The notes under the pieces were generated by a model. That model was not told where the DNA came from. It searched no databases and was given only the letters and a program-made list of their open reading frames with translations. A program made the position numbers and the translations under genes. DNA of 64,000 bases. It comes from an uncultured Bacillales bacterium. GTDB lineage: Bacteria > Bacillota_I > Bacilli_A > RFN20 > CAG-826. The stretch spans positions 40,813 through 104,812 of the forward strand of contig CAMOEI010000001.1 in the NCBI GenBank assembly GCA_946612115.1, read 5' to 3'. Below are positions 20,359 to 29,782 of the stretch, one piece after another (the first letter of the stretch is position 1; every line of letters begins with the position of its first letter).

Positions 20359-20793
20359 ATGTTTTACGGCTATTTCGAACATAATCTTGATGACAAAGGA
20401 AGGCTCATGATTCCTAAAGGAATTAAGCAAAATGTCAAAGGCGAAGAACTATATGTTCTTAAAGGCTTTGATGGCTGCTTATCCGTTTACGATATCGACG
20501 CTTTCAATTTGTTAGTGGAAAAAGTTAATAAACAAGACTTCAACAAACTTATCTCTCGTCAATACGTCAGAACTCTTCTTGGAAGTGTTGTAAATCTCAG
20601 CATTGATAAAGTTGGAAGAATTCAAATTCCAAACATGACGATCACAAAATATAAGATTGGCAAATCAGTTGTAGTTCTTGGAGTTGGAGACCATTTCGAA
20701 ATCTGGGATAAGAAAGCTTATCTCGAATATGAGAAAGTGGCGAATGAGAATTTCGAGAAAATCGCTGAAGAATTAGAGAAAAGCGATGCCTAA
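20359..20793 (+). CDS. mraZ: transcriptional regulator MraZ
   Basis: MFYGYFEHNLDDKGRLMIPK and second half-repeat DKVGRIQIP (duplicated SpoVT/AbrB-like MraZ repeats). Start moved from GTG 20347 to ATG 20359. Confidence 0.9.
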   Translation: MFYGYFEHNLDDKGRLMIPKGIKQNVKGEELYVLKGFDGCLSVYDIDAFNLLVEKVNKQDFNKLISRQYVRTLLGSVVNLSIDKVGRIQIPNMTITKYKIGKSVVVLGVGDHFEIWDKKAYLEYEKVANENFEKIAEELEKSDA

Positions 20794-21715
20794 CGAACAT
20801 ATTCCAGTTCTCTTAAATGAGACCCTTGAAGGGTTAAATATCAAACCTGATGGAACTTATCTAGATTTAACCCTCGGAAGAGCAGGACACAGCAGTGAAA
20901 TTCTTAAGCGATTATCCGATAAAGGATTATTAATCGGAGTCGACCAAGACATTGACGCAATTAGATATAGCCAAGAAAGATTAAGCAAGATTTCAAATAA
21001 CTTCAAACTAATTAAATCTAACTTCCAAAATATGGATAAAGTCTTAGATGAATTAGGTATAGAAAAAGTTGATGGAATATTAATGGATCTCGGAGTGAGT
21101 TCCCCTCAATTTGATGATCCAAATAGAGGTTTCTCTTATCGATATGACACCTTATTAGATATGAGGATGGATCAAGATCAAGAGCTAACCGCTAAAACAA
21201 TTGTGAACACCTATCCAGAAAGTGAACTAGTGAGAATCTTTAAAGAATATGGAGAAGAAAAATATTCCTATTCAATCGCTAGAAATATCTGCAAGGAAAG
21301 AGTGGATCACGAAATCGAAACTACCGGCCAATTAGTGGAGATCATCAAAAGAAGTAAACCTTCTAAAGAATTGAAGAAAGTTGGCCATCCTGCAAAACAA
21401 ATCTTCCAAGCCTTAAGAATCGAAGTAAACGATGAAATCAATGTTCTTAAAAGAACATTAACAAAAGCGGTTATCAGATTAAATAAAGGTGGAAGACTCG
21501 CAGTTATCACCTTCCATTCTGGAGAAGATCGAATCGTTAAAAATCTCTTCAAAGACTTAACAACAGTAATTGGTAATCGATATGACTTACCGAATAAGGA
21601 AGAAGATAAAGAATTCATTCTCATCACAAGAAAAGGAATTAGACCTAGTGAAAAAGAATGTAATGAAAACCATCGCTCAATAAGCAGTACATTAAGAATA
21701 ATTGAGAAAAAGTAA
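20786..21715 (+). CDS. rsmH: 16S rRNA m4C1402 methyltransferase
   Basis: 309 aa; HIPVLLNE, DLTLGRAGHS, DLGVSSPQFD, FHSGEDRIVK motifs. Confidence 0.95.
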   Translation: MPNEHIPVLLNETLEGLNIKPDGTYLDLTLGRAGHSSEILKRLSDKGLLIGVDQDIDAIRYSQERLSKISNNFKLIKSNFQNMDKVLDELGIEKVDGILMDLGVSSPQFDDPNRGFSYRYDTLLDMRMDQDQELTAKTIVNTYPESELVRIFKEYGEEKYSYSIARNICKERVDHEIETTGQLVEIIKRSKPSKELKKVGHPAKQIFQALRIEVNDEINVLKRTLTKAVIRLNKGGRLAVITFHSGEDRIVKNLFKDLTTVIGNRYDLPNKEEDKEFILITRKGIRPSEKECNENHRSISSTLRIIEKK

Positions 21716-21729
21716 AGGAGAAAAAAACT

Positions 21730-21939
21730 ATGGTTATGAAAAACAAGCTTTACAAGCATCACAAATCAAAAGCACATTATTTACTTCGCAGTGCGTCTTT
21801 ATTTACTTTGGTCTTATCTGCATTCGCTCTTGCGATCATCTTACCAGCGTATTTGAGCACCCAAAATAATGAGAATATCACAGTTAAAGCTGAAAGCGAA
21901 AACGCTAACTCAAGTAGTGAAGTAGCTTCATATAATTAA
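21730..21939 (+). CDS. small single-pass membrane protein in the ftsL position
   Basis: 69 aa; basic N-terminus, one hydrophobic helix (LFTLVLSAFALAIILPAYL), polar tail; AAGGAG 9 nt upstream. The position between rsmH and ftsA is the only functional hint. Confidence 0.4.
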   Translation: MVMKNKLYKHHKSKAHYLLRSASLFTLVLSAFALAIILPAYLSTQNNENITVKAESENANSSSEVASYN

Positions 21940-21964
21940 CTGTAATATATTACCCCCTTGGAAG

Positions 21965-21998
21965 CCCTACGGTATATAGACTGTCGGGTTTTCTTTTT
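21965..21998 (+). terminator. rho-independent terminator after mraZ-rsmH-small gene
   Basis: CCCTACGGT-atatag-ACTGTCGGG (9-bp stem with one mismatch and one G.U) followed by TTTTCTTTTT. Confidence 0.5.
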
Positions 21999-22141
21999 GC
22001 GTAAAATTAACCCACAAATATATTTTTAATAACATTGTTTTTGTTCCTAGCTAAAAATATCTAAATTTTGCGACATATATGGAATTTTATTAGATTAACA
22101 AATATATTGTTAATAAAATAACTAGAGTGTATGATATAAGC

Positions 22142-23338
22142 ATGAAAGAAAACGTTTTTGCTATTGAAATTTCACATAAATTTATCAAAGTCGTTAATGG
22201 ATTTTCTAACGGTAAGCAAGTCTATATTAACTACTGTAAGAAAATTCCTATTGATCATTATCTAGAAAACGGAATGATCATCGACAAAGAAATGCTTGTG
22301 AAAGAATTAAATAAGATTAGATCGATTAACGATCAACAACTCCATTTCTCCGCTTCGGTTAACGATGCGATTTTAGTTTTACCTCCATATGGATTAGAAG
22401 CTTATCGCACCAGTCAATTTACTTCAGTAATTTCTCCAGAAAAGATTATCGAAGAAACCGATGTGAGAAATTTATACTCTATTATTAGAAATAAGAAATT
22501 ACCTGTGAATAATGACTTAATTGAAATTATTCCAGAATATTTCCAAATCGAATCTGGAAAGAAATACGCTTTACCTCCAATTGGCACAGTAAGTAGCTCA
22601 ATTACTGGATATGTTAAAGTCCATTCTCTTCCAAATAAGATTAATGTTGCGTTCTCTGACGCTTTAACTAGCAGTGGGATTGATATCTACCGCAAAACTG
22701 TCTCTAGCTTTGCTGCGGTGGAATTATTATCAACTTATGAAGAGACTCCTGATCATTATTTCTTAATCGATGTTGGAGGAGAAAGTACCACCGTCTCTTT
22801 AGTGGGAAGCAAACAACTTATTGCTACTAGAAGCTTCTCCTTTGGAGGAGATAACATCACTGATGCGATCGTTCAAACATTTAATATTAATGTTAATGAA
22901 GCCGAAAAAATTAAAACTCTCTATGGCTTAGATAAGCGCGAAATGAAATTTGATTATCCAGTCGTCAGTAAATCTAGTGAAGACGGTGTCATTACACACG
23001 ATATCAAAGAGTTAAATGGAGTTATTGAATCTTCATTAGAAGATTTCTATAAATCACTTAATATCGTTATCGAACAACTTGCTTTAGCGTATAACGTTCA
23101 AGAATATTCAAAACTTCCAATACTTTTAATCGGTGGAGGAAGTAAACTAAGAGGATTCACTAATTATCTTAAAGATAAAACCGGTAATCCAAATATCAAT
23201 TTAGTTTCCCCAAAAACCATTGGGGCTAGAGACCCATCTATGTTCTCCGTTCTCGGAGCCATATATATCAATCACAGATATCCAAATCTTGGAGACGAAG
23301 CATATCATCAAATCGTTTCAGTCTCTCGAGAAGATTAA
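22142..23338 (+). CDS. ftsA: cell division protein FtsA
   Basis: Actin-fold pattern (FAIEISHKFIKV, IDVGGESTTV, LIGGGSKLRG) directly upstream of ftsZ. Start uncertain (GTG 22127 or ATG 22142; neither has a good SD). Confidence 0.85.
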   Translation: MKENVFAIEISHKFIKVVNGFSNGKQVYINYCKKIPIDHYLENGMIIDKEMLVKELNKIRSINDQQLHFSASVNDAILVLPPYGLEAYRTSQFTSVISPEKIIEETDVRNLYSIIRNKKLPVNNDLIEIIPEYFQIESGKKYALPPIGTVSSSITGYVKVHSLPNKINVAFSDALTSSGIDIYRKTVSSFAAVELLSTYEETPDHYFLIDVGGESTTVSLVGSKQLIATRSFSFGGDNITDAIVQTFNINVNEAEKIKTLYGLDKREMKFDYPVVSKSSEDGVITHDIKELNGVIESSLEDFYKSLNIVIEQLALAYNVQEYSKLPILLIGGGSKLRGFTNYLKDKTGNPNINLVSPKTIGARDPSMFSVLGAIYINHRYPNLGDEAYHQIVSVSRED

Positions 23339-23352
23339 ATGGAGGTAGACTC

Positions 23353-24453
23353 ATGAACAATTATGATTTAGACAATTTTGAACCCGCTGCAAAGATTGTA
23401 GTTATCGGAGTAGGAGGAGCAGGAAATAACGCTGTCAATCGTATGATTGATGAAGAAATTTCTAATGTTGATTTCTACGTTGCTAATACCGATAAACAAG
23501 CTCTTGCGACAAGTAAATCCCCTAATAGAATTATTTTAGGTGAATCTCTTACTGGTGGATTAGGCGCTGGAGGAGAACCTGAAATGGGAGAACAAGCCGC
23601 TGAAGCTAGTGCAGATGATATTAGAGATATCGTTAAAGACGCTAATATGGTCTTTATTGCCGCAGGTATGGGCGGAGGTACAGGTACAGGTGCTGCTCCT
23701 GTGGTCGCTCGTATTGCAAAAGAAGCTGGTGCTTTAGTCGTTGCTATTGTTACTCGTCCATTTACCTTTGAAGGTAAGAAAAGAATTGTTCACTCCATCG
23801 ATGGATTAAATAAATTAAAAAGTGCAGTCGATAGCCTTATTGTCGTTAGTAACGACAAATTATTAATCACTAATGGAAATACCTCTATTAGTGAAGCTTT
23901 TGACGCCGCTGATCGCGTCTTAGCTCAATCTGTGAAGACTGTTGTTAACCTCATTTTATTACCAGCAATTATAAATCTAGATTTCGCTGATGTTCGTAAC
24001 ACCTTAAAAGATAGTGGTATCGGCTTAATCGGATTTGGTATGGGTAGTGGACCAAATAGAGCCAAGGAAGCCGCAAGTAACGCTTTAGCCTCTCCACTAA
24101 ATGAAGCGAGCATTGCTGGAGCAAGAAAAGCGATTGTCGCTATTACATGTGGCACACAAGTCAGTTTATTTGAAGCTCAAGAATGCGTTAATTTATTAAT
24201 TGACGCTGCTGGAGGAAATATCGACATTAAATTTGGTATTACTATCAATGACCAATTAACCGATGAAATCTTATTAAGCATTATCGCAGCGGATTTTGAA
24301 AACGATGTCGACTTCACCGTTCAGAGCTTCTCACCACTAGTGAAACCAGTTACAGAAGATGAAGAAGTTAAAGAACTAAGCGAAGACGCTGAAAGAGAAA
24401 AAGAAAGATATTTTGAAGAAGATAGCATTATTCCTAACTTCTTAAAGAGCTAA
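23353..24453 (+). CDS. ftsZ: cell division GTPase FtsZ
   Basis: [13 protein letters not shown] and tubulin signature [10 protein letters not shown]; GGAGG upstream. Confidence 0.97.
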   Translation: MNNYDLDNFEPAAKIVVIGVGGAGNNAVNRMIDEEISNVDFYVANTDKQALATSKSPNRIILGESLTGGLGAGGEPEMGEQAAEASADDIRDIVKDANMVFIAAGMGGGTGTGAAPVVARIAKEAGALVVAIVTRPFTFEGKKRIVHSIDGLNKLKSAVDSLIVVSNDKLLITNGNTSISEAFDAADRVLAQSVKTVVNLILLPAIINLDFADVRNTLKDSGIGLIGFGMGSGPNRAKEAASNALASPLNEASIAGARKAIVAITCGTQVSLFEAQECVNLLIDAAGGNIDIKFGITINDQLTDEILLSIIAADFENDVDFTVQSFSPLVKPVTEDEEVKELSEDAEREKERYFEEDSIIPNFLKS

Positions 24454-24515
24454 TTATATTAAGAATTAAACAATTTATTGTTTAAATTATTCGCATCACG
24501 AAAGAGAACTTTATT

Positions 24516-27257
24516 ATGGACTATAAAGATACATTATTAATGAATAAGACCGACTTTGAAATGAGAGGTAATCTCAACATCAAAGAACCAGTCTTAGTAA
24601 AAAAATGGCAAGAAGAAAAATTATATGAAGAAATGAACCTCAACCGTAAAGAGGCTAAGGAATTTATTCTTCATGATGGCCCACCTTACGCTAATGGGGA
24701 CATCCACTGCGGTCATATGTTAAACAGAATCTTAAAAGATTTTGTTGTTCGATATAAAAACATGCAAGGATATAAGACTCCATTTGTTTTTGGTTGGGAT
24801 ACTCACGGCTTACCTATTGAAAACCAAGTCACTAAAAACGGAGTTAATCGTAAAACAACTCCAATTGTCGAGTTTAGAAAAAAATGTGAAGAATACGCTC
24901 TAGTTCAAGTCAATCGACAAAAAGAACAAATTAGAAGACTTGGATTAGTCGGCGATTTTGATAATCCATATCTCACATTAAAAAAAGATTATGAAGCTAT
25001 GCAAATTAACGCTTTCTCCAAAATGGCGTTAAAAGGCTTAATTTATAAAGGTTTAAAACCAGTTTACTGGTCTCCTAGTAGTGAATCTGCTTTAGCAGAA
25101 GCGGAAATTGAATATCAAGATGTCGAGTCTCATTCAATTTATGTCGCTTTTAATGTTAAGGACGGCAAAGGTGTTGTTGATAATGACGCAAGACTCGTTA
25201 TTTGGACTACAACCCCTTGGACTTTACCTGCTAACTTAGCGATTTCTGCTCATCCAGATTTCATTTATGGAGAATATTTAACTAATAAAGGTAAACTCGT
25301 TTTCTTAAAAGAATTCGAAGAGAACTTAACTAAAGAACTCGATTTAGGAGAAGTTAAACTCTTAAAAGAGATCAAAGGTCAAGATTTAGAATTTGTCGTC
25401 TGTAAACATCCTTTCTATGATCGAGATTCCTTAGTCATTGTTGGCACCCACGTCACTAACGATGCAGGTACTGGACTAGTTCATACCGCTCCAGGACACG
25501 GTGTAGAAGACTATCAAGTCTGCTTAAATTATCCAGGAAAGGGATTAGAACCATATTGCCCAGTTGATGAAAAAGGCTATATGATGCCTGGAACTGGAGA
25601 AGGTATTGAAGGACTTTTCTATGAAAAGGCTAACGATGCAGTCTTAGAAATTATTAAAAATAATGGTAGTTTGCTTAAAAGCGAAGTCATTACCCATAGC
25701 TATCCTCATGATTGGAGAACACATAAACCATTAATCTTTAGAGCAACCGCGCAGTGGTTCTGCTCCATTGAACCAATTAGAGAAGAACTTATTAAAGTTA
25801 TCCACGAAACCAAATGGTATCCATCTTGGGGAGAAAATAGAATGGTCAATATGATTAAAGATCGTGGAGACTGGTGTATATCTAGACAAAGAGCATGGGG
25901 TGTACCAATTCCAATCTTCTACTGTGAAGATGGAACTCCAATTATCGAAGAAAAAGTCTTTAAACATATCGAAAAACTCTTTAGAGAATATGGTAGTAAC
26001 ATCTGGTATGAAAAAGAGGCTAAAGAACTTCTTCCAGAAGGATACACTAACCCTCATTCTCCTAAAGGAGAATTTACCAAAGAAAAAGACATTATGGATG
26101 TCTGGTTTGATAGTGGATCTAGTTGGAATGGAGTGTTAGTAAACCGCAATATTAAATACCCAAGTGATTTATATTTAGAGGGCAGCGACCAATATCGTGG
26201 TTGGTTTAATTCCTCTTTAATCGTTTCTGTAGCTTGTAATCACGTTGCTCCATATAAAACAGTTACATCTCACGGCTGGGTTTTAGATGAGCACGGTGAA
26301 CAAATGCACAAATCTAAAGGTAATGGAGTTGATCCAAATAAGATCGCTAACATATATGGAGCGGATATTTTAAGACTTTGGACAGCCTCAATTGATTATC
26401 AACAAGATGTGAGAATTGGAGATAACCTCATTAAACAAGTTGCTGAACAATATCGTAAGATTAGAAACACCCTTAAATTTATCTCTTGGAATTTAGCGGA
26501 CTACGATCCAAATAACCAAGCAAAAGAATTTTCTATAGTCGATCAATATATTTTAGCTAAGCTAAATCGACTTATTAAAGTCGTTACAGAAAGCTTTGAT
26601 AAATATGATTTTTCTAGCGCAACTAGTGAAATCTTTAATTTCTGTAGTAGTGATTTAAGTGCGTTCTATTTAGATATTTCTAAAGATATTCTTTATTGCG
26701 ACGATCGTAATAGCGTAAGAAGAAATCAAACTCAAACTGTTTTATATAAAGTTGGAGAAGCCTTACTTAGAATTCTTAATCCAATTCTTCCATTCACCAT
26801 GGATGAATTTAATAGATCTTTACCTGGTAAAAGAGTCTCTAATGCGCAGCTATTAGATTATCCAAAAGCAAATAACGAAGATGATTCTTCTATTTTAGAA
26901 GAATATGAATTATTAATCGCGTTAAGAAGTGATGTCTTAAAAGCTTTAGAAGAAGCTAGAACTAATAAAGTTATCGGTTCTTCTCAAGAAGCTCATATCT
27001 ATTTAGATATTAAAGATGAAAAGATTAAAAAGCTCACTATGCAATATACTTTAGAAGAACTCGCTAATGTCTTTGTCGTTAGTGAAGTAACTTATGAAAA
27101 TAGTGATGAATTAAAAGAATATGAAGTCTCAAAAGTTTTAGTTAAACATCATGATGGTAAATTCTGCTCAAGATGTTGGAATTATTCTAAACTTGCTTAT
27201 GTTCAAGAAGATGGGACTTATTTATGTCCAAGATGTCAGAAAGTGATTCATAAATAA
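24516..27257 (+). CDS. ileS: isoleucyl-tRNA synthetase
   Basis: 913 aa; PYANGDIHCGH (HIGH) and KSKGNG-type KMSKS region; C-terminal zinc-binding CxxC pairs. Confidence 0.97.
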   Translation: MDYKDTLLMNKTDFEMRGNLNIKEPVLVKKWQEEKLYEEMNLNRKEAKEFILHDGPPYANGDIHCGHMLNRILKDFVVRYKNMQGYKTPFVFGWDTHGLPIENQVTKNGVNRKTTPIVEFRKKCEEYALVQVNRQKEQIRRLGLVGDFDNPYLTLKKDYEAMQINAFSKMALKGLIYKGLKPVYWSPSSESALAEAEIEYQDVESHSIYVAFNVKDGKGVVDNDARLVIWTTTPWTLPANLAISAHPDFIYGEYLTNKGKLVFLKEFEENLTKELDLGEVKLLKEIKGQDLEFVVCKHPFYDRDSLVIVGTHVTNDAGTGLVHTAPGHGVEDYQVCLNYPGKGLEPYCPVDEKGYMMPGTGEGIEGLFYEKANDAVLEIIKNNGSLLKSEVITHSYPHDWRTHKPLIFRATAQWFCSIEPIREELIKVIHETKWYPSWGENRMVNMIKDRGDWCISRQRAWGVPIPIFYCEDGTPIIEEKVFKHIEKLFREYGSNIWYEKEAKELLPEGYTNPHSPKGEFTKEKDIMDVWFDSGSSWNGVLVNRNIKYPSDLYLEGSDQYRGWFNSSLIVSVACNHVAPYKTVTSHGWVLDEHGEQMHKSKGNGVDPNKIANIYGADILRLWTASIDYQQDVRIGDNLIKQVAEQYRKIRNTLKFISWNLADYDPNNQAKEFSIVDQYILAKLNRLIKVVTESFDKYDFSSATSEIFNFCSSDLSAFYLDISKDILYCDDRNSVRRNQTQTVLYKVGEALLRILNPILPFTMDEFNRSLPGKRVSNAQLLDYPKANNEDDSSILEEYELLIALRSDVLKALEEARTNKVIGSSQEAHIYLDIKDEKIKKLTMQYTLEELANVFVVSEVTYENSDELKEYEVSKVLVKHHDGKFCSRCWNYSKLAYVQEDGTYLCPRCQKVIHK

Positions 27258-27928
27258 TGAAAGAGAAAATTGTTTCGCTTTTGAAGTGGTTTTTTAAATC
27301 ATTTATTTGGTTAGGAATTCTTCTATACGTTATTGATATCGTTAGTAAAAACATCGTTGTCGCTAATAGAGCTAACATCTATGGTGGGTTAAACGGTGGA
27401 ATTGATATCATCCCTGGAGTTTTAGGAATTAACTATGTTATTAACGATACATTTATGATGGGTATTTCTTTTGGAAGTGCCCTAGCTAATAGAATTGTTT
27501 ATATCGTCATTGCCTTTATCGCCTTAGGGGTTCTAGGATTCATTTTAGTTAAATATTGGAAAAGACTTAATTCCTTTTATAAAGCTACTTTATTTATGAT
27601 CGCTGCTGGAGCTCTTGGTAATTTAACTGACCGCATCTTTTATAGCGCGGAATATCTTGGCTATTTAAGAGATGGAGAGTTGGTTCAAGGAGTCGTTGAC
27701 TGGATTGACTTTTATCCGTTTAGCTGGTGGCCATATAACTTTAATATCGCCGATGCCTCAATTGTAGTCGCGGCCTTTATGCTTATTATTTATCTCATTG
27801 TTGGAGAGATAATTGACTATCGCAAAAAGAAAGAATCTACTCCAAAAGTGGAAGATGATAGCAAGGTTCTGTCAAAGACAGAGCAAGAAAAAGCTCAATA
27901 TTTAAAGTCTAAAGATAAAGATGAATAA
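27257..27928 (+). CDS. lspA: lipoprotein signal peptidase (SPase II) with Lys/Glu-rich C-terminal tail
   Basis: Four hydrophobic segments; VDWIDF and FNIADASI motifs; ATG overlaps the ileS stop (TAATG). Confidence 0.85.
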   Translation: MKEKIVSLLKWFFKSFIWLGILLYVIDIVSKNIVVANRANIYGGLNGGIDIIPGVLGINYVINDTFMMGISFGSALANRIVYIVIAFIALGVLGFILVKYWKRLNSFYKATLFMIAAGALGNLTDRIFYSAEYLGYLRDGELVQGVVDWIDFYPFSWWPYNFNIADASIVVAAFMLIIYLIVGEIIDYRKKKESTPKVEDDSKVLSKTEQEKAQYLKSKDKDE

Positions 27929-28829
27929 ATCTTTTGTAATTGAAAATTTACAAACTAGTGAAAGACTAGATAAATATCTCACTAACGAACTTAGCGATTT
28001 TTCTCGTACACATATTGCTAAACTTATCGAAGAAGGAAATGTTTTAGTTAACGATAAAATCGCTAAAGGATCATTAAAAATTAAACTAGGAGATAAGATT
28101 GATATTTCTTTTCCAGAAGTTAAAGAATTAGAGATTAAAAAAGAAGATATTCCTTTAGACGTTATTTATGAAGATAGCGATATCTTAATTATTAATAAGC
28201 CTCAAGGAATGGTGGTTCACCCATCTAATGGACATAATGAACACACTTTAGTTAATGCAGTACTTGCTTATAGCGATGATCTTAGCGGAATTAACGGAGT
28301 AGCTCGTCCTGGAATTGTTCACCGCATTGATAAAGACACTAGTGGGTTAATCTGTATCGCTAAAAACGATAAGGCGCATTTATCATTAGCGGAGCAATTA
28401 AAAGACCATTCAATGAGTCGAACTTATATTGCTTTAGTTAAAGGAGTAATTAAAGAAGATACTGGAGAAATCAATCTTCCAATTGGTCGAGATCCTCATA
28501 ATAGACAAAAAATGGCGGTGACTCGCGAAAACTCTAAAAGTGCGATTACATATTTCAAAGTTTTAAAAAGATTTTCTGAACACACATTAGTGGAATGTAA
28601 ATTAAAAACTGGTAGAACTCATCAAATTAGAGTTCATTTATCTTATATTGGTTATCCTGTTGAAGGCGATCCATTATATTACGGCAAAGGCTACGATAAG
28701 CTATATAAAAATGGCCAGCTACTCGTGGCCACTGAATTAACATTAGTGCATCCTTCTACTAATAAGAAGATGTCTTTTAAAATTGAATTGCCTGATTATT
28801 TCAAAGAAATAATTAATCACTTGGAATAG
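27921..28829 (+). CDS. rluD: RluA-family 23S rRNA pseudouridine synthase
   Basis: S4-like N-terminus (RLDKYL), catalytic HRIDKDTSG, RTHQIRVH. Confidence 0.9.
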   Translation: MNKSFVIENLQTSERLDKYLTNELSDFSRTHIAKLIEEGNVLVNDKIAKGSLKIKLGDKIDISFPEVKELEIKKEDIPLDVIYEDSDILIINKPQGMVVHPSNGHNEHTLVNAVLAYSDDLSGINGVARPGIVHRIDKDTSGLICIAKNDKAHLSLAEQLKDHSMSRTYIALVKGVIKEDTGEINLPIGRDPHNRQKMAVTRENSKSAITYFKVLKRFSEHTLVECKLKTGRTHQIRVHLSYIGYPVEGDPLYYGKGYDKLYKNGQLLVATELTLVHPSTNKKMSFKIELPDYFKEIINHLE

Positions 28830-29722
28830 TTCTTGAAGTTTTTCTTCACTAATTTATCAAATTCCTCCTCTCCGACTTTATCTAAGAGGATTTTTTTAAA
28901 TTCATCTGCGGCTTTACCCGCTCCAAAAGGAATAGATAAACCTAACTTTTCTTCTAATTTATCTTTGTATAAAAGAAGTGAATATCTAGCGATAACGCTC
29001 GCTAAAGCGACTGAAGGGAATCTTAATTCACCTTTAGTTTTAAATGAGATTCCTCTAACAATTGGTTCATCATCTTTAGATAAATATTTATAGTAAGTAT
29101 TCTCATTAACGAATTGATCGACATAAATCGCATAGACATCTTCATATTCTTTATGTAGATTACTCAAGGCGCGATTATGCATTTTAGCCTTAAGGCTATT
29201 AAGGTTTTCTCCTTTAGCAATCATCTCGTTATATTTTTCATTAGGAAGAGTTAATTTGGAGAACTTAAATTCTTTAATCGCAATTTCTCCAATTTCTCTA
29301 ATCTTTTTATCAGTAAGTTTTTTAGAATCAGTAATTCCTAATTCTTTTAATCGTTGATATTGGTCTTTAGAGATATACGCAGCGACAACGATCATCGGTA
29401 AATAAAAATCTCCGACACCGACTTCATCGCTTCCAATTTGTTCTCCAAAATCGACGTAGTGGAGGTCTTTAATATCTTCTTTTTCTGGATTTTTATTTCC
29501 TTGAATAGCGCTTAAATCAAAGATTTGAGCTTCTTCTAATTCATGCTTTCCAGAAAATAAAACCTTACGATAAGTCTTTTTAGATGTATATCCCTTAATC
29601 GATGTTTCATCTTTAAAAGCGGAGAAAACTAAATATTCTCCAGATTCATCGATTAAATAATCTTTATAGTAATCTTTGATCGCTAATAGTTTTTCTTCGC
29701 TGACTTTAATCGTGACGCTCAT
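28817..29722 (-). CDS. rnhC: ribonuclease HIII
   Basis: 301 aa; N-terminal DUF3378-like domain then RNase HII/HIII core (GSDEVGVGDFYLP, SKKL, ASVIAR). Convergent 13-nt overlap with rluD. Confidence 0.85.
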   Translation of the reverse strand: MSVTIKVSEEKLLAIKDYYKDYLIDESGEYLVFSAFKDETSIKGYTSKKTYRKVLFSGKHELEEAQIFDLSAIQGNKNPEKEDIKDLHYVDFGEQIGSDEVGVGDFYLPMIVVAAYISKDQYQRLKELGITDSKKLTDKKIREIGEIAIKEFKFSKLTLPNEKYNEMIAKGENLNSLKAKMHNRALSNLHKEYEDVYAIYVDQFVNENTYYKYLSKDDEPIVRGISFKTKGELRFPSVALASVIARYSLLLYKDKLEEKLGLSIPFGAGKAADEFKKILLDKVGEEEFDKLVKKNFKNYSK

Positions 29723-29782
29723 ATAATTTATCGTATCAATTTATCTAAAAAAATTGAATTAAAACAATTATAATGATTTCAT

